DNA from: Eledone cirrhosa
Taxonomy: Eukaryota
DNA length: 64,000 nucleotides
Assembly: GCA_964016885.1 (NCBI GenBank)
Contig: OZ024752.1
Span: forward strand, 20,832,001-20,896,000
Direction of reading: 5' to 3'
The translations under genes were made by a program, and so were the position numbers. Position 1 is the first letter of the stretch. Every line of letters starts with the position of its first letter. Shown piece by piece: positions 33,501 to 47,557 of this stretch. The notes under the pieces are model-generated. The model searched no databases. It worked only from the letters and a program-made list of their open reading frames with translations, and had not been told where the DNA came from.

Positions 33501-36500
33501 GTATGTAAAAACCACTATTGTATGTAGCACGTAGTATTGTATGTAACACCTAATATTTTATGTTATACCTAGTATTGTATGTAACACCTAGTGTTGTATG
33601 TAACACCTAGTATTGTATGTTACACCTAGTATGTTATGTAAGACCTAGTTTTGTTTGTTACACCAAGTATTGTATGTTACAGGTAGTATCGTATATTACA
33701 CCTACTGTTGTATGCAACACCTAGTATTGTATGTTAAACCAATATTGTGTATTACACCTACTATTGTATGTAACACGTAGAAATAGTATCTTACAAATAT
33801 TGTTGTATATAACACAGTATTGTGTGTTACACCTACTATTATATGTTACATGTAGTATTGTATGTTAGACCTAGTATTGTATGTAACACCTAGTATTGTA
33901 TGTTAAACCTACTATTGAATGTTACACCTAGTATTGTATGTAACACCTAGTATTGTATGCTACCCCTAGTATTCTATGTTGTACCTGGTACTGTATTTAC
34001 ACATAATATAGTATGTTACACATAGTATTGTATGTAACACCTAGTGTTGTATGTAACACCTAGTATTTTATGTAATACCTAGTGTTGTATGTAACACCTA
34101 GTGTTGTATGTTACACCAAGTATTGTATGTTACACCGAGTATTCTATGTTACACCTAGTATTGTATGTTAGAAGTAGTATTGTATGTTACACCTAGTGTT
34201 GTATTTAATACCTAGTATTGTATTTAACACATAGTGTTGTATGTAAAACCAATATTTTCTGTTACACCTACTATTTATGTAACACCTAGTATTGTATGTT
34301 ACACGTAGTATTGTATGTAACACGTAGTATTGTATGTGACAACAATATTGTCTGTAACACCTAGTGCTGTATGTAACACCTAGTATTCTATGTTACACCT
34401 AGTGTATGTCACACCTAGTATTGTATGTTATACCTAGTGTATGTCACACCTTGTATTGTATGTAACACTTAGTATTGTATGTAACACCTAGTATTGTATG
34501 TTACACCTACTATTGTGTGTAAAACCTACTATTGTATGTAAAACCTACTATTGTATGTAACGTGGTATTGTATGTAACAACTATTATTGTATGTAACACC
34601 TAATATTTTATGTTATACCTAGTGTTGTATGTAACACCTAGTATTGTATGCTACAGCTAGTATGTTATGTAAGACCTAGTGTTGTTTGTAACACCTAGTG
34701 TTGTATGTAACACCTAGTGTTGTATGTTACACCTAGTATTCTATGTTACAGCTAGTATTGTTTGTTAAACCTAGTATTGTATGTTACACATATTGTATGT
34801 TACACCGAGTATTCTATGTTACACCTAGTATTTTATGTTACACCAAGTTTTGTATGTTACAGGTAGTATTGTATGTTACACCCGTGTTGTATGCAACACC
34901 TAATATTGTATGTTACACGTAGTGTTGTATGTTAAACAAATATTGTGTGTTACACCTACTATCGTATGTAACACGTAGCATTGTATCTTACACCTATTGT
35001 TGTATGTAACACAGTATTGTGTGTTACACCTACTATTATATGGTATTGTATGTGATACCTTTTGTTGTATGTAACGCCTCGTATTGTATGTTACACCTAC
35101 TAATGTATGTAACACCTACTATTATATGTTACACCTAGTATTGTATGTTACACCTATTGTATGTTACACCGAGTATTCTATGTTACATCTAGTCTTTTAT
35201 GTTACACCTAGTATTTTATGTTACACGTAGTATTGTATGTTACACCTAGTGTATGTTAAACCTATTGTATGTCACACCTGTTGTATGTAACATCTAGTAT
35301 TGTATGTTACACCAAGTGTTGTATTTAACACCTAGTATGTGTATGTTACACCAAGTGATGTATGTAACACCTAGTATTGAATATTACACGTAGTATTGTA
35401 TGTTACGGCTAGTATCGTATGTTACACCTACTATTGTATGTTACATGTTGTAGTATATGTTACACCTACTATTGTATGTAACACCTAGTATTGTATGTTA
35501 CACATAGTGTTGTAAGTAACACCAATATTGTGTGTATGTTACACCTAGTATTGTATGTTACACCGAGCATTGTATGTTACACCTAGTATTGTGCGTAACA
35601 CCTAATATTGTATGTTACACTGCGTATTGTATTTTACACATAGTATTGTATGTTACACTTAGTATTGTATGTTACACCTAGTATTGTATGTTACACCTAG
35701 TCGTGTATGTTACATATAATATTGTATATTACACCTAGTATTGTAGGTAACACCTAGTATTGTTTGTTACACATAGTATTGTATGTTACACCTAGTATTA
35801 TATGTTACACATAGTATTGTATGTTACATCTAGTATTGTATGTTACACCTAGTGTTGTATGTTACATCTAGTATTATATGTTGCACCCAGTATTGTATGT
35901 TACACATAGTATGTTACACCTAGTATTGTATGTTACATCTAGGACTGTATGTTACACCTAGTATGTATGTAACACCTAGTATTGTATGTTACACCTAGTA
36001 TTCTATGTTAAACCTAGTATTGTATGTTAGACCTAGTATTCTATGTTACACCTAATATTGTATGTAACATCGAGTATTGAATGTTACACCTAGTATTGTA
36101 TGTAACAGCTAGTGTTGTATGTTACACATAGTATAGAATGTTACATGTAGTATTGTGTGTTACACCTAGTATTGTATGTTACACCTAGTCGTGTATGTTA
36201 CATATAATATTGTATATTACACCTAGTATTGTAGGTAATACCTAGTATTGTTTGTTACACCTAGTATTGTATGTTACACCTAGTATTATATGTTACACAT
36301 AGTATTGGATGTTACATCTAGTATTGTATGTTACACCTATTATTCTATGTTACACCTAGTACTGTATGTGACACATAGTATTGTATGTTACACCTAGTGT
36401 CGTATGTAACACCTAGTGTTGTATGTTACACCCAATATTGTATGTTACACATAGTATGTTACACCTAGTATTGTATGTTACATCTAGGACTGTATGTTAC

Positions 36501-36850
36501 ACCTAGGACTGTATGTAACACTTAGTATTTTATGTTATACCTAGTATAGTATGTTATACGTAGTATTGTATGTTACACCTAGTATTGTATGTTACCCCTA
36601 GTATTATATGTTACAGCTTGTATTGTATGTTACAACTACTATAGTATGTTACACATAGTTTTGTATGTAACACCGAGTATTGTATGTAACATGTAGTATT
36701 TTACTAGCAGAATGGCCAGCCGTTGCTAAAGATTTTCTCTAGAGTTCTTATATATTTGGTATATATTTATTCTTATCGAGCCTTGTGAAATAAATACGTT
36801 TGTTTATATTTTGTTATTGTATATGCAAATATATCTGTACACGAATATAC

Positions 36851-37472
36851 AATTATATATATATATTAAAATAACAGATTAAGGTTTAAGCAAAGAATCG
36901 CTGCATTCACCCTTAACGGGATCTTCTGAAACTAAAAAAATTAATCTGTGAACGCAGAAGTAGATATTTCGAAAACCGGTACACACTATTTACATTATGC
37001 ATGACACATGAGGCGTGTCACCGAATGATGAAATAGGGGTATGGTTATGACCCAATTGGTGTTCAAACCAGGATCAAATGATCCCCCCGGTTTGACGACG
37101 ACCTCTGAATGTGGAACCCAGAGCCTATGAATGTGGAACTCGATATTTTACCAATAAAAATTTTGCCACTAATATTATTGTAAAATTTTTTATTTCTTGT
37201 CCAATTCTTTAAAGTTTTATCTTAGTTTCTTGTCCTATTCTTTTAAAGTTTTATTTTAGTTTCTTGTCCTATATTTTTAAAGGTTTATATTCCAACAATA
37301 TTACTTTTTTTTGCTGTACGAATTTTTCTATCTGGTAATTATATATATATATTAAAATAACAGATTAAAGTTTAAGCAAAAATTCGCTGCTTTCACCCTT
37401 AACGGGATCTTCTGAAACTAAAAAAAATCAATCTGTGAACGCAGAAGTAAATATTTCGAAAACGTTACGCAC

Positions 37473-37475
<3 letters not shown>
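36851..37475. repeat. ~139-bp direct repeats (36851-36989 and 37337-37475) flanking a unique segment in Helitron copy 1
   Basis: aattatatat...aaaataacagattaa...cccttaacgggatcttctgaaact...gaacgcagaag...cactat occurs twice here and at most once in each other copy. Confidence 0.92.
37193..37290. repeat. 33-34-bp minisatellite, about 3 units
   Basis: tttcttgtcc(a/t)at...ttaaag(t/g)tttat starts at 37193, 37226 and 37260. Confidence 0.85.
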
Positions 37476-37503
<28 letters not shown>

Positions 37504-37818
37504 TATATATACACGCACACAGATAGTGTCATAATCTCGCAATGCAAACAGCCAGGCATACAGACAGATATTATAAGGGCGAAACTTTATATCTATGTTT
37601 CTATCTAAAAAGAAAGATTAATAATCATAGAGAGAGATCGCTAACTCGCCTAATGCGGTCCCTAGGGCACTGAAAATATGAGATATCTTTTGCTCAGAAC
37701 ACTAACGGGACCATATGTATTACATTTGTAAAGTTTGAAAACAATCGGTGGGTGGTAGTCGAGTTTTAGGGAGTCAGAGAGACAGACAAACAGAACTTTT
37801 CTGTTTTAGATATATAGA

Positions 37819-38856
37819 TGATACACCTGTTATTGAATGTTACACACACATAGTATTGTATGTAACACATAGTATTCTATATTACACCTAGTACTGTATG
37901 TTAAACATAGTATTGTATGTAACACATAATATTGTATGTTACACCTAGTGTTCTATGTTACACCAAATATTGTACGTTACACTAGTATTGTATGTTACAC
38001 CTAGTATTTTATGTTACACCGAGTATTATGTTACACTTATTATTGCATGTCACACCTAGTACTGTATGTTGCACCTAGTATTGTATGTTACACCTAGTGT
38101 TGTATGTTACACCTTGTGTTGTATGTTACACCAAGTGTTGTATGTAACACCTAGTGTTTTATGTTTGACCTAGTATTGTATGTCACATGTAGTATTCTAT
38201 TTTACACCTACTATTGTATGTTACACCTAGAATTGTATGTTACACCTAGTGTTGTATGTTACACCTAGGATTTTTATGTTACACCTAGTGTTGTATGGTG
38301 CACCTAGTATTGTATGTAACACCTAGTGTTGTATGTAACACCTAGTATTGTATGTAAAACCTAGTATTGTATGTTACACCTAGTATTGAATGTTACAGGT
38401 AGTATTGTATTTTACACCTAGCATTGTAGGTAACACCTTGTATTGTATGTTACACCTTGCATTGTATGTTACACCTAGTATTGTATGTTATACCTAATAC
38501 TATATTTTACACCTGTACTGTATGTCACATGTAATATTGTATGTTACACCTAGTATTGTATGTTACACCTAGTATTGTATGTTACAGCTAGTATTATATG
38601 TTACGTGTAGTATTGTAGGTTACACCTAGTATTGTATGTTAAATGTAGTATTGTATGTTACACCTAGTATTGAATATCAGAAGGTAGTATTGTATTTTAC
38701 ACTCAGCATTGTAGCTAACACCTAGTATTGTATGTTACAACCTGATTGGATGTTACACCTAATATTATATTTTACACCTCTACTGTATGTTACATGTAGT
38801 ATTGTATGTTACACCTAGTATTGTATGTTATAGCTAGTATTATATGTTACGTGTAG
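37819..38856 (+). repeat. 19-bp satellite
   Basis: Same monomer and orientation. Confidence 0.97.
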
Positions 38857-39038
38857 CGGTGGATTGGCAGTATCAGTAGAGGGTCGGACGCCATGCTTTC
38901 CAGCATAGTTACGTCCCTTTACGATCTGAGTTCAAATCCCGCCGAGGTTGACTTTGCCTTTCCTCCTTACGGGATCGATAAAATAAAGTACCAGTAATGC
39001 ACTGGGTAATTGCTGGCCTTGTGCCTAAAGTAGAAACA
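38857..39038 (+). mobile_element. tRNA-derived SINE (resembles the abundant Octopus SINE with a Nin/Deu-type core)
   Basis: A-box-like TGGCAGTATCAG (38865-38876), B box GTTCAAATCC (38930-38939), core gactttgcctttcctccttacgggatcgataaaataaagtaccag, tail ggccttgtgcctaaagtagaaac. 17-18-bp TSD attatatgttacgtgta(g) at 38839-38856 and 39039-39056. The family assignment is from recall, not a search. Confidence 0.88.
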
Positions 39039-40391
39039 ATTATATGTTACGTGTAGTATTGTATGTTACACCTAGTATTGTATGGTTACACCTAGTATTG
39101 TATGTAAAATCTAGTGTTGTATCATACACCTAGTATTTTATGTAACACCTAGTATTGTATCTTACACCTAGTATTGTATGTTACACCTAGTATTGTATGT
39201 AACATCTGGTATTGTATGTTACACAGTGTTGTATGTAACACCTAGTATTGTATGTTACACCTATTATTGTATGTAACTCCTAGTATTCTATGTTAAACCT
39301 AGTGTTGTATGTTACACCTAGTAATCGATGTTACAATTAGTATTGTATGTTACTCTTACTATTTTATGTTAAACCTACTATTTTATGTAACATCTAGTAT
39401 TGCATGTTAAACCTAGTATTGTTTGTAACACCTAGTATTCAACGTTAAACCTATTATTGTATGTTACACCTAGTATTCTATATTACACCTAGTATTCTAT
39501 GTTACACCTAGTATTGTATATAACACCTAGTGTTCTCTATGTTACACCTCGTATTGTATGTTACAAATAGTATTGTATGTAACACCTAGTATTGTATGTT
39601 AAACCTAGTATTCTATGTTACACCTAGTACTGTATGTTACACATAGTATTGTATGTTACACCTAGTGTTGTATGTTACACATGGTATTGTATGTTACACC
39701 CAGTATTGTATGTTACACCTAGTAATTTATTTTACACTTACTATTGTATGTTACACCTAGTATTGTTTGTTACACCTAGTATTGTATGTTACACTTGTAC
39801 TGTATATTACATGTAGTATTGTATGTTACACCTAGTATTGTATGTTAAATGTAGTATTGTGTGTTACACCTAGTATTGTATGTTACATGTATTATTGTAT
39901 ATTACACCTAGTATTGTTGGTAACACCTAGTATTGTTTGTTACACCTAGTATTGTGTTACACCTAGTATTGTATGTTACACATAGTATTGTCTGTTACAT
40001 CTAGTATTGTATGTTACACCTAGTCCTGTATGTGACACATAGTATTGTATGTTACACCTAGTGTTGTATGTTACACCTAGTATTGTATGTTACACCTAGG
40101 ACTGTATGTTACACCCAGTTTTGTATGTTACACCTAGTATTGTATGTTACACCTAGTATTGTATGTTACACCTAGGACTGTATGTTACACCCAGTTTTGT
40201 ATGTAACACCTAGTATTGTATGTTACACCTAGTATAGTATGTTATACGTAGTATTGTATGTTTCACCTAGTATTGTATGTTTCACCTAGTATTGTATGTT
40301 ACCCCTAGTATTATATGTTACATCTAGTATTGTATATTACAACTAGCATTGTATGTAACACCGAGTATTATATGTAACATGTAGTATTTTA
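39039..40391 (+). repeat. 19-bp satellite
   Basis: Same monomer. The last ~500 bp parallels the region upstream of Helitron copy 1 (shared ctaggactg variants). Confidence 0.97.
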
Positions 40392-41016
40392 CTAGCAGAA
40401 TGGCCAGGCGTTGCTAAGCATTTTCTCTAGAGTTCTTATATATTTGGTATATATTTATCCTTATCGAGCCTCGTGAAATAAATACGTTTGTTTATATTTT
40501 GTTATTGTATATGCAAAAATATCTGTACACGAATATACAATTATAAATATATATTAAAATAACAGATTAAAGTTTAAGCAAAGAATCGCTGCATTCACCC
40601 TTAACGGGATCTTCTGATACTAAAAGATCAATCTGTGAACGCAGAAGTATATATTTCGAAAAACGTCACACACTATACACATATATACACACACTATATA
40701 TACATATACACACACACAGATAGTGTCATAATCTCGTAATGCAGACAGCCAGGAATACAGACAGATATAATAAGGGTGAAACTTTATATCTATGTATCTA
40801 TCTAAAAAGAAAGACTAAGAATTATAGAGAGAGATCGCTAACTCGCCTAATGCGGTCCCTAGGGCACTTAAAATATGAAATATCTTTTGCTCAAAACACT
40901 TACAGGGCCATATGTATTACATTTGTAAAGTTTGAAAACAATCGATTGGGTGGTTCTCGAGTTTTAGGGAGTCAGAGAGACAGACAAACAGACATTTTCT
41001 GTTTTAGATATATAGA
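40392..41016 (-). mobile_element. Non-autonomous Helitron-like element, copy 2
   Basis: a|ctagcagaatggcc...gatatataga|t. Collinear with copy 1 but with a single internal repeat. Confidence 0.8.
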
Positions 41017-43853
41017 TGATACACCTGCTATTGAATGTTACACACACATAGTATTTTATGTTACACCTAGTATTGTATGTTACACTTAGTGTCTGTAACA
41101 CCTAGTATTATATGCTACATCGAGTACTGTATGTTACACCTAGTATTGTATGTTACACCTAGTATTGTATGTTACACCTCTTATTTTAAGTAACACCTAG
41201 TATTGTATGTTACACCTAGTATTCTATGTTACACTTAGTAATGTATGTTACACATAGTATTGTATGTAACACCTAATATTGTATGTTACACCTAGTGTTG
41301 TATGTTACACCTAGTATTGTACGTTACACCTAGTATTGTATGTTACACCTAGTATTATGTTACACTTTCTATTGCATGTAAAAACTAGTATTGTATGTAA
41401 CACTTAGTATTGTATGTTACACCTAATATATGTTACAGCTAGTGTTGTATGTTACACCTAGTGTTGTATGTTACTACTAGTATTGTACGTTACATCTAGT
41501 ATTGTATGTAACACCTAGTATTGTATGTAACACTTAATATCGTATGTTACACCTAGTATTGTATGTTACACCTAATATAGTATGTTACACCTAGTGTTGT
41601 ATGTTACACCTAGTATTGTATGTTACACCCAGTATTGTCTGTAACACCTAGTGTTGTATGTTACAACTAGTATTGTACGTTAAACCTAGTATTGTATGTT
41701 ACACTTGTATTGTATGTCACACCTACTATTACGTTACACTTACTATTGCATGTAACAACTTGTATTGTAGGTTGCACCTAGTATTGTATGTAAAACTTAG
41801 TATTGTATGTTACACCTAGTGTTGTATATTACACCTAGTATTTTATGTTACACATAGTATTGTATGTAAAGACTAGTATTGTACGTTACACCTAGTTTTG
41901 TATGTTACACCTACTATTGCATGTAACACCTAGTATTGTATGTTGTACCTAGTATTGTATGTAACACTCAGTATTGTATGTTACACCTATTGTTGTATGT
42001 TACACCTATTATTTTATGTTACACCTAGTGTTGTATGTTACACCTACTATTGCATGTAACACCTAGCGTTGTATGTTACACCTAGTATAGTATGTTACAC
42101 CTAGTATTGTATGTAACACCTAGTATTGTCTGTAACACCTAGTGTTGTATGTTACACCTAGTGTTGTATGTAATATCTAGTGTTGTATGTTGCACCTAAT
42201 ACTGTACGTAACACCTAGTATTGTATGTAAAACCTAGAATTATATGTTACACCTAGTATTGTATGTTACCCCTAATATTGCATGTTACACCTAGTATTGT
42301 ACGTTACACCTAGTATTGTGTGATAGGCCTAGTATTGTATTTTACACCTAGTATTATATGTTACACCTAGTATTGTATGTTACACTTGCTATTGTATGTA
42401 ACACCTAGTATTGTATGTTGCACCCAGTATTGTATGTAACACTTAATATTGTATGTTACACATAGCGTTGTATGTTTCACCTAGTATTGTATGATACAAC
42501 TATTGTTGTATGTTACAGCTAGTATTAGTAGTAACACCTAGCGTTGTATGTTACACCTAGTATGTTACACCTAGTATTGTCTGTAACACCTAGTATTGTG
42601 TGTAACACCTAGTGTTGTATGTTACAACGAGTATTGTATGTTACACCTAGTATTGTGTGTTACACCTAGGATTGTATTTTACAACTAGTATTATATGTTA
42701 CACCTAGTATTGTATGTTACACTTACGATTGTATGCAACACCTAGTATTGTATGTTGCACCTAGTATTGTATGTAACACTTAATATCGTATGTTACACCT
42801 AGTATTGTATGTTACACCTATTATTGTATGTTACACCTAGTATTGTATCTTACCTCTAATATTGCATGTTACACCTAGTATTGTACGTTACACCTAGTAT
42901 TGTGTGATACACCTAGTATTGTATTTTACACCTAGTATTATATGTTACACCTAGTTTTGTATGTTACACCTACTATTGCATGTAACACCTAGTATTGTAT
43001 GTTGCACCTAGTATTGTATGTAACACTCAGTATTGTATGTTACACCTATTGTTGTATGTTACACCTAGTATTTTATGTTACAACTATTGTTGTATGTTGC
43101 ACCTAGTATTGTATGTAACTATCAGTATTGTATGTTACACCCAGTATTGTATGTAACACTTAATATTGTATGTTACACCTAGCGTTGTATGTTTTGCCTA
43201 GTATTTTATGTTACAACTATTGTTGTATGTTACACCTAGTATTGCATGTAACACCTAGCGTTGTATGTTACACCTACTATTGCATGTAACACCTAGTATT
43301 GTATGTTGCACCTAGTATTGTATGTTGCACCTAGTATTGTATGTAACACCTAGTGTTGTATGTTACACCTAGTGTTGTATGTTACAACGAGTATTGTATG
43401 TTACACCTAGTATTGTGTGTTACACCTAGCATTGTATTTTACAACTAGTATTATATATTACACCTAGTATTATATGTTACACTTACGATTGTATGCAACA
43501 CCTAGTATTGTATGTTGCACCTAGTATTGTATGTTACACTTAATATCGTATGTTACACCTAGAATTGTATGTTACACCTATTATTGTATGTTACACCTAG
43601 TATTGTATGTTACACATAGTATTGTATGTAACGCCTAGTGTTTTATGTTACACCTAGTATTGTATGTTACACCAAGTATTTTCTGTTACCCTAGTATTAT
43701 ATGTAACAGTTAGTATTGTATGTTACACCTACTATTGTATGTTACACATAGTGTTGTATATTACACCTAGCATTGTATGTTACACCTATTATTGTGTGTC
43801 ACACCTACCATTGCATGTAACACCGAGTATTGTATGTAACATCTAGTATTTTA
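41017..43853 (+). repeat. 19-bp satellite
   Basis: Same monomer. Confidence 0.97.
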
Positions 43854-44365
43854 CTAGCAGAATGGCCCGGCTTTGCTAAGGATTTGCTCTAGAGTTCTTA
43901 TATATTTGGTATATAAGTTTAAGCAAAGAATCGCAGCATTCACCCTTAACGTGATCTTCTGAAACTAGAAAAAATTAATCTGTGAACGCAGAAATAAATA
44001 TTTCGAAAAACGTTACACACTATATATATATATTTATATACACACACTATATATACATATACATACACACAGATAGTGTCATAATGTCGTAATGCAAACT
44101 GCCAGGTATACAGACAGATATTATAAGGGCGAATCTTTATATCTATGTTTCTATCTAAAAACTAAGATTAATAATCATAGAGAGAGATCGCTAACTCGCC
44201 CAATGCGGTCCCTAGGGCACTGAAAATATAAAATATCCTTTGCTCAAAACAATAACAGAACGATATGTATTACATTTGTAAAGTTTGAAAACAATCGGTT
44301 GGGTCGTTCTCGAGTTTTAGAGAGACAGATAGACAAACAGAAATCTTCTGTTTTAGATATATAGA
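43854..44365 (-). mobile_element. Non-autonomous Helitron-like element, copy 3 (internal deletion of ~115 bp)
   Basis: Same termini. ttggtatata is joined directly to agtttaagcaaag at ~43915. Confidence 0.8.
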
Positions 44366-47265
44366 TGATACACCTGTTATTGAATGTTACACACACAGAG
44401 TATTGTATGTTACACCTAGTATTGTCTGTTACACCTTGTTTTGTATGTAACACCCAGTATTGTATATTAGACCTTGTATTGTATGTTACACCTAGTATTG
44501 TATGTTACAACTCTTATAGTATGTAACACCTAGTATTCTATGTTACACCTACAACTGTATGTTACACCTATTATTGTATGTGACACCTAATATTGTATGT
44601 TATACCTAGAGTTTTATTTTACACCTATTATTGTATGTTGCACCTAGTATTTTTGTAACACTTAATATTGTATGTTACACCTAGTGTTGTATGTTACACC
44701 TAGTGTAGTTTGTAACACCTAATATTATATGTTACACCTAGTATTGTACGTTACACATAGTATTGTATGTTACACCTAGTATTGTATGTTATACTTAGTA
44801 TTATGTTACACTTACTATTGCAAGTAACTACTAGTATTGTAGGTTGCACCTTGTATTGTATGTAACAGTTAGTATTGTGTGTTACACCTAGTGTTGTATG
44901 TTACACCTAGTATTTTATGTTACACCTAGTGTTGTACGTGACACCTAGTATTGTATGTGACACCTAGTATTGTATGAAACACCTAGTACTGTATGTTACA
45001 CCTAGTATTGTGTGAGACACCTAGTATTGTATTTTACACCTATTATGTTACACCTAGTATTGTATGTAACACCTAGTATTGTATGCAACACCTAGTTTTG
45101 TATGTTACACCCAGTATTTTATGTTACACCTAGTATTGTCTGTAACACCTAGTATTGTTGTTGCACCTAGTATTGTTTGTAACACTTAATGTATGTTACG
45201 CCTAGTGTTGAATGTTACACCTAGTGTTGTATGTTACACCTAGTACTGTAAGTAACACCTAGTATTGTATGTAACAACCAGTATTGTATATCAGACCTTC
45301 TATTGTATGTTACACTTAGTGTTGTATGTTACACATAGTATTCTATGTTACACCTTGTATACTATGTTACACCTAGTACTGTATGTTCCACATAGTATTG
45401 TATGTAACACCTAATATTGTATGTTACACCTAGCGTTTTATTTTACACCTAGTATTGTATGTTACACCTAGTATTGTCCGTAACACCTAGTGTTGTATGT
45501 TACACCTAGTATTGTATATTACACCTAGTATTGTATGTAACACCTAGTATTGAACATTACACCTAGTATTGTATGTTACATCTAGTAATGTCTGTAACAC
45601 CTAGTATTGTATGTTACACAGCCAGTACTGTATGTTGCACCTAGTATTCTATGTAACACCCAGTATTGTATATTACACCTAGTATTGTATCTTACACCTA
45701 GTATTGTATGTTATACCTAGTATTGTATATTACTCCTAGTATTGTATGTTACACCTACTGTTGTATGTTACAACTAGTATTGTATGTTATACCTAGTATT
45801 GAATGTTACACCTAGTATTGTATGTTACACTTAGTATTATGTTACACTTACTATTGCATGTAACAACTAGTATTGTGGGTTGCACCTAGCACTGTATGTT
45901 ACACTTAGTATTGTTTGTTACACCTAGTATTTTATGTTACACCTAGTGCTGTATGTTACACCTATTATTGTATGTAAAACCTAGTATTGTATGTTTTACG
46001 TAGTATTGTATGTTACACCTAGTATTGTATGAAACACCTAATACTGTTGTATGTAACACCTAGTACTGTATGTTACACCTAGTATTTTATGTTACACCTT
46101 ATATTGTATGTTACACCTAGTATTGTATGGTGCACCTAGTATTGTATGTTTCAGCTAGTATTGTATGTAACACCTAGTGTTGTATGTAACACGTAGTACT
46201 GTACGTTACACCTACTATTGTAAGTTACACCTAGTATTATGTTACACTTACTATTGCATGTAACACCTAGTATTGTATGTAAAACCTAATATTGTATGTT
46301 AAAACCTAGTATTGTATGTTACACCTATTACTGTATGTTACACCTAATATTGTATGTAACACCTAGTATTGTCTGTTAAACCTAGTGCTGTATGTTACAC
46401 CTAGTGTTGTATGTTACACCCAGTATTGTATTTTACACCTAGTACTGTATGTAACACCTAATATTGTATGTTACACCTCGTATTGTATGTTACACCTAGT
46501 ATTATATATTACACCTAGTATTGTATGTTACACTTACTATTATATGTAACACCTAGTATTGTATGTTGCACCTAGTATTGTATGTAACACTTAATATCGT
46601 ATGTTACACATAGTGTTGTATGTTACACCTAGTAATGTATGTTACACCTGGTATTGTATGTTACACCTGGTATTGTATGTAACACCTAGTGTTGTATGTA
46701 ACACCTAGTGTTGTATGTTACACCCAGTATTGTATGTTACACCTAGTACTGTATGTAACACCTAATATTGTATGTTACACCTAATATTGTATGTTACACC
46801 TAGTCTTATATATTACACCTAGTATTGTATGTTACACTTACTATTATATGTAACACCTAGTATTGTATGTTGCACCTAGTATTGTATGTAACACTTAATA
46901 TCGTATATTACACATAGTGTTTTATGTTACACCTAGTAATGTATGTTACACCTAGTATTGTATGTCACACCTGGTATTGTATGTAACACCTTGTGTTGTA
47001 TGTTACACCCAGTATTGTATGTTACACCTAGTATTGTATGTAACAGCTAGTGTTGTATGTTACACCTAGTATTGTATGTTACACCTAGTATGTATGATAC
47101 CCCTAGTATTATATGTTACAGCTAGTATTGTATGTTACACCTACTATTGTATGTTACACTTAGTGTTGAATGTTACACCTAGCATTGTATGTTACGCCTA
47201 GTATTGTATGTCACACCTACCATTGTATGTAACCCAGAGTATTGTATGTAACTTCTAGCATCGTA
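44366..47265 (+). repeat. 19-bp satellite, including a 304-bp (16-monomer) tandem duplication at ~46400-47000
   Basis: taatatcgt at 46592 and 46896, with matching neighbouring variants. Confidence 0.96.
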
Positions 47266-47517
47266 TTAGCAGAATGGCCCGGCTTTGCTAAGGATTTGCT
47301 CTAGAGTTCTTATATATTTGGTATATATTTATCCTTATCGAGCCTCGCGAAATAAATACGTTTGTTTATAATTTCTTATTGTAAATGCAAAAAATATCTG
47401 TACACGAATATATAATTATATATATATATTAAAATAACATATTAAAATTTATACACTATATATATATATATATAGAAAATATATATATATATATAGAGAG
47501 AGAGAGAAAGATTTATA

Positions 47518-47557
<40 letters not shown>

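Larger units (their letters stand above)
1..36703 (+). repeat. 19-bp tandem satellite array (consensus CCTAGTATTGTATGTTACA), uninterrupted left domain
   Basis: Continuous head-to-tail 19-mers. Translation cycles through all three frames as MLHLVLYVTPSIVCYT*YC (19-aa period), as expected for a 19-bp unit. The most common variant is TGTTACA/TGTAACA. Confidence 0.99.
36704..37818 (-). mobile_element. Non-autonomous Helitron-like element, copy 1 (long form, 1.1 kb, with internal direct repeat and extra 347-bp segment)
   Basis: Minus strand begins TCTATATATC and ends GGCCATTCTGCTAG. Inserted between A and T, no TSD. (CTGT)n-like tract near the 5' end and GC-rich subterminal motif near the 3' end. 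Confidence 0.8.

Noticed and set aside
38857-38945. Possible tRNA gene
   Set aside because: A and B boxes are present but there is no clear cloverleaf, and it continues into SINE core and tail with a TSD.
40739-41089. 116-aa ORF in Helitron copy 2 (also 44244-44453 and 61030-61230)
   Set aside because: Not kept open in sibling copies, runs into satellite or microsatellite, and has no Rep/helicase motifs.
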